Positions 1 to 10,963 of a stretch of DNA of 64,000 nt are shown piece after piece. The notes below the pieces were generated by a model. The model did not search any database. It was given only the letters and a program-made list of their open reading frames with translations, and was not told the DNA's origin. Where the stretch lies: NCBI GenBank assembly GCA_045586685.1, contig JAZNAU010000009.1, positions 22,420 through 86,419 on the forward strand, written 5' to 3'. Position numbers and translations under genes: made by a program. Source of the DNA: Clostridia bacterium. GTDB lineage: Bacteria > Bacillota > Clostridia > HGM11514. Position 1 is the stretch's first letter; the number at the start of each line of letters is the position of its first letter.

Positions 1-503
1 TTTGCGGTGTAAAAACTGCCATTTTCGTAATGAATTCTGCCTTTATGATGGGCAGTATGGGTACTGTTGTAGGAGAAAAGATTACCCGCCTCTTTGAACT
101 GGCAACCAAGGAAAAGCTTCCTGTTGTAGGCTTTACCACATCAGGCGGAGCCAGAATGCAAGAAGGAATCCTCTCTTTGATGCAGATGGCAAAAACCAGC
201 GGCGCAGTAAAACGACACAGCGATGCAGGTCTTCTTTATATCACCGTTCTTACCGACCCCACTACAGGAGGCGTTACTGCAAGCTTTGCCATGGAAGGAG
301 ATATTATTATTTCCGAACCCAAGGCACTGGTTGGTTTTGCAGGCGCCAGAGTGATTGAACAAACCATTGGACAGAAGCTTCCGGAAGGCTTCCAGAGAGC
401 AGAATTTTTGTTGGAGCATGGGTTTATAGACATGATTGAACCCAGGGAAACCTTAAAAGAGTGTCTGTCTCATATTCTGATCATGCATGAGGTGAAAAAA
501 TGA
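1..503 (+). CDS. accD: acetyl-CoA carboxylase carboxyltransferase beta subunit, 5'-truncated at window edge
   Basis: Frame is open from nt 3; translation ...[27 protein letters not shown]... matches the AccD carboxyltransferase core; stop overlaps accA start (ATGA). Confidence 0.85.
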   Translation, partial: CGVKTAIFVMNSAFMMGSMGTVVGEKITRLFELATKEKLPVVGFTTSGGARMQEGILSLMQMAKTSGAVKRHSDAGLLYITVLTDPTTGGVTASFAMEGDIIISEPKALVGFAGARVIEQTIGQKLPEGFQRAEFLLEHGFIDMIEPRETLKECLSHILIMHEVKK

Positions 504-1276
504 AAGCATATACAAGAGTTCAAAACGCAAGAAAAGGGCAAAGACCCTCAGGTTATTTTTTCATCAACCAAATGATTGACCAATTTACCGAATTTCACGG
601 TGACCGCAGATTTGGTGACGACGGTGCGATTGTGGCAGGGATTGGAACTTTAAACGGAACACCTGTTACTGTCATTGCCATGGAACGGGGCACTACCATT
701 GAGGAGAGAATGAAGCGGAATTTCGGCTGTCCTTCTCCCGAAGGTTATAGAAAAGCCCTGAGGCTGATGAAACAAGCTGAAAAATTTCACCGCCCTGTGA
801 TTTGCCTCATCGGGAGCTCCGGAGCATATCCCGGAATCAGCGCAGAGGAACGTGGTCAGGGAGAAGCCATTGCAGAAAATCTGATGGAAATGATGACCTT
901 AAAAACACCCATTGTATCAGTGGTTGTAGGCGAAGGCGGCAGCGGCGGTGCGTTGGCACTGGGTGTTGCAGATACGGTCATCATGCTGGAAAACGCAGTA
1001 TATTCCGTCATTTCTCCTGAAGCCTGTGCAAGTATTCTTTGGAAGGATGCGGCTAAGGCGGATGAAGCGGCAGATGCTCTCAAGCTGACCGCATATGACC
1101 TAAAAGAATTTGGTGTGATTGAGACGGTCGTCCCCGAACCGGAAGACATCTCCCCCGAACAGCTTTGCGCAAGTCTGAAAGCTGTTTTAGTGCGGGAAAT
1201 CAATCAAAAAAGCAAGCTGTCTGTTGACAAACTGGTAGAACAGAGATATCAAAGATTCCGTAAAATCGGAAGCTAA
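500..1276 (+). CDS. accA: acetyl-CoA carboxylase carboxyltransferase alpha subunit
   Basis: 258 aa; GTxxxxIAMERG..[23 protein letters not shown] motifs typical of AccA; translationally coupled to accD. Confidence 0.9.
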   Translation: MKAYTRVQNARKGQRPSGYFFINQMIDQFTEFHGDRRFGDDGAIVAGIGTLNGTPVTVIAMERGTTIEERMKRNFGCPSPEGYRKALRLMKQAEKFHRPVICLIGSSGAYPGISAEERGQGEAIAENLMEMMTLKTPIVSVVVGEGGSGGALALGVADTVIMLENAVYSVISPEACASILWKDAAKADEAADALKLTAYDLKEFGVIETVVPEPEDISPEQLCASLKAVLVREINQKSKLSVDKLVEQRYQRFRKIGS

Positions 1277-1337
1277 TGCGAATTAACAAAAAGGAATCTC
1301 CTTTGGTAGCAGATACATTTCAACATACAAACAACAA

Positions 1338-1375
1338 ACTCCCCAATACCCTGATGGGTATTGGGGAGTTTTGGC
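1338..1375 (+). terminator. rho-independent terminator after accA
   Basis: hairpin ctccccaataccc-tga-tgggtattggggag followed by tttt. Confidence 0.6.
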
Positions 1376-1404
1376 TTTCAAGTACATAATAGATGCAGTT
1401 AATT

Positions 1405-1590
1405 TTAGCGATATACTCGCTATTGCTCGTGCGATATATTTGCTTCTCAAATTCGATATAACTCCACTTCGTTTTGTTGCGATATGATATAAATTCCTTT
1501 TTCTCGTTGCCGCAAGGCAACATATCGCATCAAAGATATATCGCGTACGAAGTACATATCGCAAATTCCGTCAGGAATTTATATCGATGA
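1405..1590. repeat. array of eight GCGATAT/ATATCGC heptamers (4 direct then 4 inverted) around central palindrome gttgccgcaaggcaac
   Basis: forward copies near 1408, 1431, 1453, 1479; reverse copies near 1522, 1538, 1556, 1581; spacing about 16-26 bp; central palindrome 1506-1521. Confidence 0.6.
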
Positions 1591-1622
1591 AAAAACGACA
1601 AGTCGAAACTTGTCGTTTTTTC
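1590..1622. terminator. bidirectional hairpin terminator abutting tRNA-Pro 3' end
   Basis: aaaaa-acgacaagtcgaaacttgtcgt-ttttt. Confidence 0.6.
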
Positions 1623-1699
1623 TGGTCGGAGTGACAGGATTCGAACCTGCGACATCCTGCTCCCAAAGCAGGCGCGCTACCAACTGCGCTACACCCCGA
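1623..1699 (-). tRNA. tRNA-Pro (anticodon UGG)
   Basis: reverse complement CGGGGTGTAGCGCAGTTGGTAGCGCGCCTGCTTTGGGAGCAGG...GGTTCGAATCC...CCGACCA folds as a cloverleaf; anticodon loop UUUGGGA. Confidence 0.9.
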
Positions 1700-1775
1700 T
1701 TTATTTATTATACCTTAAATAATAAACAAATGCAAGGCTTGAAATAAATAAAAAAAGGCTGTTTTTTCTGGTTTA

Positions 1776-2495
1776 CTATGATTTTCTTTTATTTTCTTCT
1801 ATTATCTGCTTTTTTAATAAAATTATCTTTTCTTTCTCTGTCAAATACCGCCATTGTCCCACAGGCAAATCTCCTAGCAGAACCCGTCCCACGGAAATCC
1901 GCTTTAATTCTACTACAGGATGACCGACTGTCTCCAGCATTTTTCGCACCTGTCTGTTTCTGCCTTCGTGAATGGTAAGTTGCACTCTTTCCTCCTTCCA
2001 TTCCGCTTTTGCAGGGGCGGTTTTTCTTCCATCTATCACAACTCCTTGGCGAAGTTTCTCCAACACAGCTTCATCAGGAACCCCTTGCACCTTTGCCACA
2101 TAACATTTATCCACCTGATTCTTAGGGTGGGTCATCTGATAGGCAAACTCCCCATCGTTGGTCAGCAAAAGAAGGCCTTCCGTATCATAATCCAGACGAC
2201 CAACAGGAAAAACCCGATAAGGAAGAGAAATCAAATCAATCACACTTTTTCTGCCAAATTGGTCGGAAACGGTAGTGACTACACCTCTTGGCTTATTTAG
2301 CATCAAATAAACCTTTTCTTGTTGCATGCCAATGACCAAGCCATCTACCTTAATCACATCAACACATGGTTCTATCTGAACACCTTGTGTCATAACAACA
2401 GTATCATTCACCATCACACGTCCTTGACTGATGATTTCTTCACATTTTCTGCGAGAGGCCACTCCGCACTCCGCCATATACTTTTGCAATCGCAT
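1776..2495 (-). CDS. rluB: rRNA pseudouridine synthase, RsuA/RluB family (S4 domain + catalytic domain)
   Basis: 239 aa; N-terminal S4 motif MRLQKYMAECGVASRRK; core PVGRLDYDTEGLLLLTNDG. Confidence 0.8.
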   Translation of the reverse strand: MRLQKYMAECGVASRRKCEEIISQGRVMVNDTVVMTQGVQIEPCVDVIKVDGLVIGMQQEKVYLMLNKPRGVVTTVSDQFGRKSVIDLISLPYRVFPVGRLDYDTEGLLLLTNDGEFAYQMTHPKNQVDKCYVAKVQGVPDEAVLEKLRQGVVIDGRKTAPAKAEWKEERVQLTIHEGRNRQVRKMLETVGHPVVELKRISVGRVLLGDLPVGQWRYLTEKEKIILLKKQIIEENKRKS

Positions 2496-2496
2496 A

Positions 2497-3621
2497 TCAA
2501 TCTCCCATTAACAAAACCTCTATTTCCTGTAATAGAAACAGAAAAAATTGTTTTCTTTTATCTTCCTGTACGCTAGCACCTACATATAAATCCCCTTGTG
2601 ACATCTGTTCATTTCCGATCAACACCCGTACTGTTCCCACCTTTTGTCCTTTTGTAAAAGGTGCCTTAAGTGATTTTGGCACCTCCACTTCCAAACGATA
2701 ATCAGGATGTTGATTTTGTTTACACACAAAGGATAATTTGTCTTCTGTATAAATTCCCACCGTTTCCTCTGTACCGCCTATGACGGGAAGCTCTTTTACA
2801 AAGCCCTTTTTTGGAATCACTTCCACTGTCTGGTATGAACCAAATGCATTGTCAAGCAGAAGTTTATGATCATTCCAGTCATCAGGTGCATTTAAGGTCA
2901 CTGCTACCACTTGCATTCCGTCCCGAGTGGCTGAAGATACCAAAGCACGACCGGTACTTTTGGTAAACCCTGTTTTGACACCGTCACAGCCCTCATACAT
3001 CCGCAGCATTTTGTTATGATTCACCAGTTTCTTATCATATTCCCTACCGGGCCAAGGAATGTTTCGTTCTCTTGTACTTACAATTTTGCAAAACCACTCA
3101 TTTTCCAATGCATAACAAGCAATCAGTCCCAAATCGTAAGCGGTAGTATAATGCCCTTCCTCCGGCAATCCGTTAGGATTGACAAAATGCGTCTGCGAAG
3201 CCCCAATCGCTTTCGCCTTCTCGTTCATCATACTGCAGAAATTTTCAACCGTTCCTCCCACATACTCAGCCAATGCCACTGCGGCATCGTTTCCGGAATT
3301 TAACATCAACCCGTAAAGGAGATTTTCCACAGTAATGGCCTCCCCTACCTCCAGCCACATGGAAGACCCTTCTACTCCTACCGCATTTTTACCAATTTTC
3401 ACAACTTCATGAAGCTCGGTGTTTTCTAACGTAACAATAGCAGTCATAATTTTTGTAGTACTTGCCATACCAAGTTGCTCATACGCGTTGGATTCAAACA
3501 ACACCTTCCGCGTACCTTGTTCCATTACCACTGCCGACTGCGCCGAATAACAAAATCCTTTTATGGGAATCAGAACTATCAACAGTAAAATCAATAAACT
3601 ATGTTTAAACAGAACAATCAC
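2497..3621 (-). CDS. D-alanyl-D-alanine carboxypeptidase (serine-type, PBP5/DacB-like) with signal peptide
   Basis: 374 aa; hydrophobic N-terminus; SxxK active site ASTTKIMT; SGN motif LNSGND. Confidence 0.8.
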   Translation of the reverse strand: MIVLFKHSLLILLLIVLIPIKGFCYSAQSAVVMEQGTRKVLFESNAYEQLGMASTTKIMTAIVTLENTELHEVVKIGKNAVGVEGSSMWLEVGEAITVENLLYGLMLNSGNDAAVALAEYVGGTVENFCSMMNEKAKAIGASQTHFVNPNGLPEEGHYTTAYDLGLIACYALENEWFCKIVSTRERNIPWPGREYDKKLVNHNKMLRMYEGCDGVKTGFTKSTGRALVSSATRDGMQVVAVTLNAPDDWNDHKLLLDNAFGSYQTVEVIPKKGFVKELPVIGGTEETVGIYTEDKLSFVCKQNQHPDYRLEVEVPKSLKAPFTKGQKVGTVRVLIGNEQMSQGDLYVGASVQEDKRKQFFLFLLQEIEVLLMGD

Positions 3622-3657
3622 CTGCCCTCATTTAAGAATATGAGCAGGTGATGGGGT

Positions 3658-4077
3658 TTATTCTTCTGACTGTTCTTTGTTTCCTTTTTTACTTGTAATA
3701 GCAGAGCTGATTTTCTCTACCGCATCCGGAATATAATCCACCAGCTTGTCAATAGGATTGTCCTGATTGACAGGCATCAGCTTAATCTGATTTTTTCCAA
3801 CAATCATAAATGCTACCGGTTGGATTGAAACTCCTGCACCGCTTCCTCCTCCAAAGAGATTGGTATTATCCGGTGCTTTCACTTTTTCCGGAGTATGAAA
3901 CTCGGATCCGCCTGCCGCAAAGCCAAAGCTTACCTTTGAAATCGGAATAATCACTGTACCATCTGCAGTTTCTACAGGGGAACCTACAATGGTATTCACA
4001 TCTACCATCTCTTTAATGCTTTGCATTGCAGTTGCCATCAAACCCTGAATTGGATGATCAGACATTGTTATAACCAC
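3658..4077 (-). CDS. ytfJ: sporulation protein YtfJ (GerW family)
   Basis: 139 aa; HPIQGLMATAM..VNTIVGSPVETADGTVIIPISKVSFGFAAGGSEF closely resembles B. subtilis YtfJ. Confidence 0.85.
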   Translation of the reverse strand: MVITMSDHPIQGLMATAMQSIKEMVDVNTIVGSPVETADGTVIIPISKVSFGFAAGGSEFHTPEKVKAPDNTNLFGGGSGAGVSIQPVAFMIVGKNQIKLMPVNQDNPIDKLVDYIPDAVEKISSAITSKKGNKEQSEE

Positions 4078-4251
4078 CTTTCTTATCTACAACTCATGTT
4101 TAATATGAGCCAAAATGATGTAATCTATACTTTTATTATACACCAAAAAAAACAAAAGCGCAAGTATATTCTTGAAAAAAATTCCAATCCATGAATAAAC
4201 TTATTTTCTTCTGTCCACAATACAATTATCAATCATAAAGGAGAGGTCGCC

Positions 4252-4521
4252 ATGATTTACGGAAAATCCAGAAATGTAGTAGTTATTCAGAATATTGATT
4301 CAACTTATGTAGAACAAGCCATTCTGATTTTAAAAAAAAATCCGGGAAACAAAGAATTTTACGCCTCTGAGGAGGGCATTGTAAAAGAAGCACAACGCAT
4401 TATTGAACAATATAATCAAAATCAAATGACTCCACCAAACAATAAATTACATCGTTTTTGGGGATATCTGTTAATCGGAGCAACCGCTGTTGTTTCCTGT
4501 ATCTTATATCTGGTTTCTTAA
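4252..4521 (+). CDS. hypothetical small protein with C-terminal transmembrane segment
   Basis: 89 aa ORF with aaggagag RBS 7 nt upstream; followed by hairpin terminator at 4532-4562. Confidence 0.5.
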   Translation: MIYGKSRNVVVIQNIDSTYVEQAILILKKNPGNKEFYASEEGIVKEAQRIIEQYNQNQMTPPNNKLHRFWGYLLIGATAVVSCILYLVS

Positions 4522-4564
4522 ATTATAAAAAAATGAGGTTGTCAAATGACAGCCTCATTTTTAT

Positions 4565-4771
4565 TTAGTGATGTCTGGCAGGCTCCTTTTCTCGGAACAA
4601 CAAGGTAATTGCCCAAAGTCCGGCAAGACCTACCAGAGAGAAGATAATTCTGCTGATTGCAGCTCCCTGACCACCAAACAGAGAACCTACCAAATCGAAT
4701 CCAAACAAACCGATAGATCCCCAGTTCAACGCACCAATAATGATCAACACCAAAGATAAATTATCAAGCAT
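4565..4771 (-). CDS. DUF378 family small membrane protein
   Basis: 68 aa; IGALNWG motif and two transmembrane helices typical of DUF378. Confidence 0.7.
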   Translation of the reverse strand: MLDNLSLVLIIIGALNWGSIGLFGFDLVGSLFGGQGAAISRIIFSLVGLAGLWAITLLFREKEPARHH

Positions 4772-4947
4772 TGCAATATCTCCTTTTCATTGAAACTCTT
4801 TGATTCATAAATCATTATGTGCAATTTTCTAATTTTTATTCAATTTCAGGTATCAAACTAAAAAAATAACAAAATGGTCAACAAAACCAAAGATTGACCG
4901 GCCACCAAATACATAACATCCAATGCTTTCCACATTTTTAAAAAATA

Positions 4948-5709
4948 TTATAATCGTACGGAAATTCCCCGTTCTTTTAAATAATTTTTTAAATCGGAAA
5001 TTGCAATTTCGTTATAGTGGAATAAGGATGCCGCTAATACCGCTTCTGCACCGCCGTCCACAAAGGCATCATAAAAATGCTCCAAGCTTCCCGCACCTCC
5101 CGATGCAATGACGGGAATATCCACCAAATCTGAAATTTTTCTGGTTAATGCAATATCATACCCGTTTTTGGTTCCGTCACAATCCATACTGGTAAGCAAT
5201 ATTTCTCCTGCTCCAAGACGATATGCTTCTTCTGCCCATGAGAGGGCATCAAGACCGGTGTTCACCCGACCGCCGTTCAAGTAAACCTCCCACTTATCCT
5301 GGTTGGGGTTTCTTTTTGCATCAATAGCGACCACAACACATTGACTTCCAAATTTATCTGCCGCCTCACGAATAAGAGTGGGATTTTTAATTGCCGCAGA
5401 ATTGACGGAAATTTTATCTGCCCCTTCTCTTAAAATCGCCTTAAAATCCTCAACTGTACGGATTCCGCCACCCACAGTAAAAGGTATAAACACGGTTTCT
5501 GCAACCTTTCTGACCAAATCTAAAATGATATTGCGGGAATCAGAGGAGGCGGTTATATCCAAAAACACAAGCTCGTCCGCTCCTGCCTTGTCGTATGCCG
5601 CACCAACCTGTACAGGGTCTCCTGCATCACGCAAATTGACAAAATTTACACCTTTTACAACACGGCCCTGATGAACATCCAAACAGGGAATAATTCGTTT
5701 CGCATGCAT
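4948..5709 (-). CDS. hisF: imidazole glycerol phosphate synthase cyclase subunit
   Basis: 253 aa; [27 protein letters not shown] typical HisF. Confidence 0.9.
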   Translation of the reverse strand: MHAKRIIPCLDVHQGRVVKGVNFVNLRDAGDPVQVGAAYDKAGADELVFLDITASSDSRNIILDLVRKVAETVFIPFTVGGGIRTVEDFKAILREGADKISVNSAAIKNPTLIREAADKFGSQCVVVAIDAKRNPNQDKWEVYLNGGRVNTGLDALSWAEEAYRLGAGEILLTSMDCDGTKNGYDIALTRKISDLVDIPVIASGGAGSLEHFYDAFVDGGAEAVLAASLFHYNEIAISDLKNYLKERGISVRL

Positions 5710-6324
5710 CTAATTCTCCCCCATTTCCACAAAATTCTTTAAAATTTGAAGTCCTACCGTTCCGCTTTTTTCGGGATGAAACTGCGCTGCCATCACATTT
5801 CCCTGTTCTACCGCAACAGGAAGTTCAATGCCGTAATCAGTAGTAGCAGCAACAATGGTTTTGTCAGAAGGCTCCATATAATATGAATGAACAAAATACA
5901 CAAAAGGATTGTCCCCAATTTTTTTCAGAAAGCCGTTTTTCTTTTCAATGTTCAACTGATTCCATCCCATATGGGGAATTTTTAACCCTTGTCCCGCAGG
6001 AATTTTTACAATTTTACCGGACAGAATACCAAGTCCTTTCACATCAGGACTTTCCTCGCTTTCTTCAAACAGAAGCTGGAGACCCAGACAAATTCCCAAA
6101 AAGGGTTTCCCTGATTGAACTGTCTTTTGAATGGTTTTATCCAATCCCCGCTTTTTTAATTGTTCCATTGCTTCTCCAAAAGCACCCACTCCGGGTAAAA
6201 TCACCCGTTTTGCGGATAAGATTTCGGATTCCTCTGAGGTAATCACCGCTTCATATCCCAAAAATTCCAGTGCTTTTTGAACACTTCGCAAATTTCCTGC
6301 ATCATAATCAATTATTGCAATCAT
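5710..6324 (-). CDS. hisH: imidazole glycerol phosphate synthase glutamine amidotransferase subunit
   Basis: MIAIIDYDAGNLRSV..GVGAFG..; start set at second ATG with AGGTGG RBS 6 nt upstream; the ORF-track start 6342 would overlap the tyrS stop. Confidence 0.85.
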   Translation of the reverse strand: MIAIIDYDAGNLRSVQKALEFLGYEAVITSEESEILSAKRVILPGVGAFGEAMEQLKKRGLDKTIQKTVQSGKPFLGICLGLQLLFEESEESPDVKGLGILSGKIVKIPAGQGLKIPHMGWNQLNIEKKNGFLKKIGDNPFVYFVHSYYMEPSDKTIVAATTDYGIELPVAVEQGNVMAAQFHPEKSGTVGLQILKNFVEMGEN

Positions 6325-6334
6325 AAAACGCCAC

Positions 6335-7552
6335 CTATGCAAGAATTACTTTAAAGTAATGTTTTTTGCCCTTTTTCACCATCAATCCGTCTTCGTCAAA
6401 GTCCCCTTTGGTAAATTCATGGTCAATAGAAGTAATCTTTTGGTCATTGACAGTCAGTCCGCCCTGAGTAATCAACCGTCTTCCTTCTCCGCGGGAAGGA
6501 ACAATCCCTGTATTGAAAATCAAATCCAAAGCAGTCATGGTTTCAAAATCACCTGCAATGGTTTTGGTGGGAACATCCCCTGTAGGACCGCCTGCTTCAA
6601 ACAAGGCTTGCGCTGCCGCCTGTGCTTTTTCTGCTTCTTCTTTCCCATGTACCAAAGCAGTTACTTCATATGCTAAAATCTTTTTGGCTGTATTGATTTC
6701 CTGACCTTCCAGTTTTTCCAGCTCTCTGATTTCGTCCATGGGCAGGAAGGTAAGCATTTTCAAGCAACGGATGACATCTTGGTCACCCACATTTCTCCAA
6801 TACTGATAAAAATCATAAGGAGAGGTTTTCTTAGGATCCAACCAAACAGCTCCCCCCTGAGTTTTCCCCATTTTCTTTCCTTCGGAGGTGGTAAGCAGAG
6901 TAAAGGTCATTCCGTACACTTCCTCACCTTCCACACGGCGAACCAATTCCAGACCACCCAGAATGTTAGACCACTGGTCGTCCCCTCCCAGTTCCATTTT
7001 ACAACCATAATTCTGATACAGCTTTAAAAAGTCGTAGCTTTGCATCAGCATATAGTTAAATTCGATAAAAGAAAGCCCCTTTTCCAAACGGCTTTTAAAA
7101 CATTCTGCTGTCAACATACGATTTACGGAAAAGTGAACACCGATATCCCGCAAGAACTGAATGTAATTTAAATCCATCAGCCAATCCGCATTATTTACCA
7201 TCAGTGCCTTTCCGTCTGAAAAATCAACCAAACGGGCAATCTGTTCCTTAAAACATTCGCAATGATAATTGATGGTTTCTACCGTCATCATGGTTCTCAT
7301 ATCCGTTCTTCCGGTCGGGTCCCCAACCATCCCTGTACCACCGCCAATCAAGGCAATGGGACGGTGACCGGCACGCTGCATATGTGCCATAACCATCAAC
7401 TGTAAAAAGTGACCTACATGAAGACTATCTGCGGTAGGATCAAAGCCGATATAAAATGTCACCTTTTCTTTTTCTAACAATTCTCTAATTTCTTTTTCGT
7501 GAGTCACCTGAGCAATTAACCCACGTTCCTCCAGTACATCATAAACACTCAC
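6335..7552 (-). CDS. tyrS: tyrosine--tRNA ligase
   Basis: 405 aa; HVGH class I motif (LHVGHFLQL), KMGKT (KMSKS-type) motif, C-terminal S4-like domain. Confidence 0.9.
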   Translation of the reverse strand: MSVYDVLEERGLIAQVTHEKEIRELLEKEKVTFYIGFDPTADSLHVGHFLQLMVMAHMQRAGHRPIALIGGGTGMVGDPTGRTDMRTMMTVETINYHCECFKEQIARLVDFSDGKALMVNNADWLMDLNYIQFLRDIGVHFSVNRMLTAECFKSRLEKGLSFIEFNYMLMQSYDFLKLYQNYGCKMELGGDDQWSNILGGLELVRRVEGEEVYGMTFTLLTTSEGKKMGKTQGGAVWLDPKKTSPYDFYQYWRNVGDQDVIRCLKMLTFLPMDEIRELEKLEGQEINTAKKILAYEVTALVHGKEEAEKAQAAAQALFEAGGPTGDVPTKTIAGDFETMTALDLIFNTGIVPSRGEGRRLITQGGLTVNDQKITSIDHEFTKGDFDEDGLMVKKGKKHYFKVILA

Positions 7553-8858
7553 TGCAATATTCCTCCTTATAGCCTCTCAAGGCTTCCAATGCTCTTTGAG
7601 AAATGGCTTCGTTTTTTTCACGTTTCCCTCTGATTCGCACTCCCAATGGTGGGAGCAAACCAAAATTTATATTCATAGGCTGAAAATCCGTAACCGATTG
7701 GTTACTCACATACCTTGCCAATGCACCAAGTGCAGTTTCCTCCGGCAAGGAGGGTAATTCCTTCCCATGTACCCTTGCTCCGCAGAACAAGCCTGCAGTA
7801 AGACCGGAGGCAGCAGATTCCGCATATCCTTCCACCCCTGTCATCTGTCCTGCAAAATAAAGGTTGGGTTTCCGTTTCAGCCGATAAGAATCGTCCAACA
7901 ATTTGGGAGAATTTAAAAATGTATTCCGATGCATCACACCATAACGGATAAATTCTGCATTCTCCAAACCGGGGATGAGAGAAAATACCCGCTTTTGTTC
8001 TCCCCATTTCAGATTAGTCTGAAATCCTACTATGTTATAAAGGCTTCCCGCTCCGTCATCCTGCCGCAACTGCACCACCGCATAAGGGACTTCGTCGCTA
8101 TGAGGATTTCTAAGACCCACAGGCTTTAGCGGACCGAACAGCATGGTCGCCTCTCCCCGCTTTGCCATTGCTTCAATGGGCATACAACCTTCAAATACAC
8201 TGCCCTTTTCAAACTCCTTTAACACCGCCGTTTCAGCCTGAATCAGCTCATGATAAAAACGGTCATACTCTTCTTTTGTCATAGGACAGTTTAGGTAATC
8301 CGCATCCCCCTTATCGTAACGAGAGGCACGGAATACTTTCGTCATATCAATAGAATCAAATGCAACAATGGGTGCTGCTGCATCATAAAAGTGAAGATAA
8401 TCCTCCCCTGTCAATCGGCTAATTTCAGGAATTAAGCCATCTGAGGTCAAGGGCCCTGTTGCCACAATCACAGGAACATCCTCAGGTAGCTTGGTGACTT
8501 CCTCTGACACTACCTCAATTAAGGGGTGAGACCGGAGGGTATCCGTAATCTCCTGCGAAAATGCTTCTCTGTCCACCGCCAAGGCTCCCCCTGCCGGAAC
8601 ACGATGCTTGTCCGCACTCCTCATAATCAGGGAATTCATTTCTCTCATTTCTTGTTTTAACAAACCCACTGCATTGGATAGCAGATCCGCCCGAAGGGAG
8701 TTACTGCAAACAAGTTCCCCAAACTTTTCGCTTTTGTGAGCCGGCGAGTATTTTTGAGGTTTCATTTCGTAAATCCGAACGGGAATCCCCATGTTTACCA
8801 GTTGCCATGCAGCCTCGCATCCCGCAAGACCGGCACCGATGACATGAACCGTCATCAT
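7539..8858 (-). CDS. trmFO: methylenetetrahydrofolate--tRNA-(uracil54-C5)-methyltransferase TrmFO (Gid)
   Basis: 439 aa; [20 protein letters not shown]-binding N-terminus and TrmFO-typical core. Confidence 0.85.
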   Translation of the reverse strand: MMTVHVIGAGLAGCEAAWQLVNMGIPVRIYEMKPQKYSPAHKSEKFGELVCSNSLRADLLSNAVGLLKQEMREMNSLIMRSADKHRVPAGGALAVDREAFSQEITDTLRSHPLIEVVSEEVTKLPEDVPVIVATGPLTSDGLIPEISRLTGEDYLHFYDAAAPIVAFDSIDMTKVFRASRYDKGDADYLNCPMTKEEYDRFYHELIQAETAVLKEFEKGSVFEGCMPIEAMAKRGEATMLFGPLKPVGLRNPHSDEVPYAVVQLRQDDGAGSLYNIVGFQTNLKWGEQKRVFSLIPGLENAEFIRYGVMHRNTFLNSPKLLDDSYRLKRKPNLYFAGQMTGVEGYAESAASGLTAGLFCGARVHGKELPSLPEETALGALARYVSNQSVTDFQPMNINFGLLPPLGVRIRGKREKNEAISQRALEALRGYKEEYCSECL

Positions 8859-10939
8859 TCTCCGCCCCTCTCAAAATCACATTTACCACAGTATTGCTTT
8901 TTCTTTTTTCCTATTTTTTTATCAAACAAGCTACCGCCACACTTGGGGCAATGCTCCTTTGTTGGCTGATCCCATGTTACAAAATCACAGGTAGGATTGG
9001 ATTCACACCCAAAATATTTCTTTCCCTTTTGGCTCTTTTTCTCCAATACCCGCCCTCCGCATTTGGGACACAAAGCTCCTGTATCAATTACAATTGCTTT
9101 GGTATTACGGCACTCCGGGAAGCCGGGGCATGCAAGGAATTTTCCATACCGACCCATTTTATAAACCATGGTTCTGCCGCACTTATCGCAAATTACATCT
9201 GATTCTTCATCTGCAATAGTAATTTTTTCCATTTCCTTTTCTGCATTATTCAAATCCTTTTCAAACGGACCGTAAAACTCTTTCAGAATTTGAACCCAAT
9301 CGGTAGAACCCTCTTCCACCTGGTCAAGCTGGTGCTCCATGGTTGCGGTAAATTTTACATCAACAATATTTTTAAAATATTGCTTCATCAAATCAGTTAC
9401 CACCGTACCCAGTTCTGTGGGTTTTAACACTTTAGAATCACGCACCACATATCCTCTTTGTAAAATGGTAGAAATGGTAGGTGCATAGGTACTGGGTCGT
9501 CCAATTCCATTTTCTTCTAACGCTTTTAACAAAGCCGCTTCACTATATCGTTGGGGTGGCAAAGTAAAATGCTGTTTGGAATTCAGATTTTCTTTTACCA
9601 GCACATCTCCTTCAATCAGTTCAGGCAGCTTTACCTCCTTTTCCTGATCAGCATCCTCCTGTTTGGAAACGTCCGTTGCTTCCTGATACAGCACCATAAA
9701 ACCGGCAAATTTCTGTTTGGAACCGTTGGCACGGAACAGGTAGTCATTGGCTGTAATCTCTGCTGAAATCGTATCATACACAGCCGCCTCCATCTGACTT
9801 GCCACAAACCGTTCCCAAATCAGCTTGTATAACTTATACTGATCAGTCGGCAAAGTTTTCTTTAATCGGTCAGGCGTAATGGAAACCATACTGGGACGAA
9901 TGGCTTCATGGGCATCTTGTGCATTGTTCTTCGATTTATAAACTCTCGGTTTTTTGGGAAGATAGTCCTCCCCGTATTTGCTTTGAATATATGCTCTTGC
10001 TTCTGCCTGAGCTTCTTCTGAAATCCGCAAAGAGTCTGTTCTCATATAGGTAATCAGACCTACCAGACCAATCCCTTCAACCTCAACCCCTTCATAAAGC
10101 TGTTGTGCTGCGGACATGGTTTTTTTGGCAGTATAACCGTACTTTTTAGAAGCTTCCTGTTGGAGGGAACTTGTAATAAAGGGAGGCACGGGTGATTTTG
10201 TTTTCTTGGCTTTTTTTATAGAGGTTACCCGATAGTCAGCTCCCTCCAAGCCCCGTAAAACATTATTCACCTGCTGTTCATTTTCCAGTTCAATTTTCCC
10301 TTTTTTATTCCCGTAGAAACGAGCATCAAAGGATGCTTTTCCCTTTTTTAATTCCGCTGTCAAAGACCAATATTCTTCAGGTACAAATTGTTCAATTTCT
10401 GCTTCACGATCTACCACAAGACGGGTTGCAACAGATTGGACACGTCCTGCACTCAAACCCTTTTTCACCTTTTTCCAGAACAAAGGGCTGATTTGATAGC
10501 CAACCACTCTGTCCAGCACCCTTCTTGCCTGTTGTGCATTGACCAAATCTTCATTGATTTTACAAGGCTGTTTTACAGCCGCTTTTACTGCATTTTTGGT
10601 AATCTCATTAAAGGAAATCCGACATTCGGATTCCTGATCAATTTGCAATAAGTGTGCCAAATGCCATGAAATTGCCTCTCCTTCACGGTCAGGGTCAGTT
10701 GCCAGATATATTTTGTCCGCATTTTTTGCATCCCGTTTTAATTTACTGAGCAATTCTCCCTTTCCGCGAATGGTAATATATTTGGGTTCAAAATCATTCT
10801 CGATATCAACCCCCAACTGACTTTTGGGCAAATCACGCAAATGCCCCATGGAAGCTACAACTTTATAATTTTTTCCTAAATATTTTGTAATGGTTTTTGC
10901 TTTCGCCGGTGATTCCACAATCACCAAATATTTTGCCAT
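8855..10939 (-). CDS. topA: DNA topoisomerase I
   Basis: 694 aa; Toprim N-terminus [17 protein letters not shown]; C-terminal C4 zinc ribbons. Confidence 0.9.
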   Translation of the reverse strand: MAKYLVIVESPAKAKTITKYLGKNYKVVASMGHLRDLPKSQLGVDIENDFEPKYITIRGKGELLSKLKRDAKNADKIYLATDPDREGEAISWHLAHLLQIDQESECRISFNEITKNAVKAAVKQPCKINEDLVNAQQARRVLDRVVGYQISPLFWKKVKKGLSAGRVQSVATRLVVDREAEIEQFVPEEYWSLTAELKKGKASFDARFYGNKKGKIELENEQQVNNVLRGLEGADYRVTSIKKAKKTKSPVPPFITSSLQQEASKKYGYTAKKTMSAAQQLYEGVEVEGIGLVGLITYMRTDSLRISEEAQAEARAYIQSKYGEDYLPKKPRVYKSKNNAQDAHEAIRPSMVSITPDRLKKTLPTDQYKLYKLIWERFVASQMEAAVYDTISAEITANDYLFRANGSKQKFAGFMVLYQEATDVSKQEDADQEKEVKLPELIEGDVLVKENLNSKQHFTLPPQRYSEAALLKALEENGIGRPSTYAPTISTILQRGYVVRDSKVLKPTELGTVVTDLMKQYFKNIVDVKFTATMEHQLDQVEEGSTDWVQILKEFYGPFEKDLNNAEKEMEKITIADEESDVICDKCGRTMVYKMGRYGKFLACPGFPECRNTKAIVIDTGALCPKCGGRVLEKKSQKGKKYFGCESNPTCDFVTWDQPTKEHCPKCGGSLFDKKIGKKKKQYCGKCDFERGGE

Positions 10940-10963
10940 AGTTTCCTCCTATTTTTAAGGATG

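Noticed and set aside
1283-1564. 93-aa and 67-aa minus-strand ORFs across the accA-tRNA-Pro spacer
   Set aside because: They run through the accA terminator and the heptamer array; translation is dominated by the repeat (R/Y/I-rich); no RBS.
7539-7560. T-box leader for tyrS
   Set aside because: tyrS start overlaps the trmFO stop; there is no leader space, so T-box control is not possible at this position.
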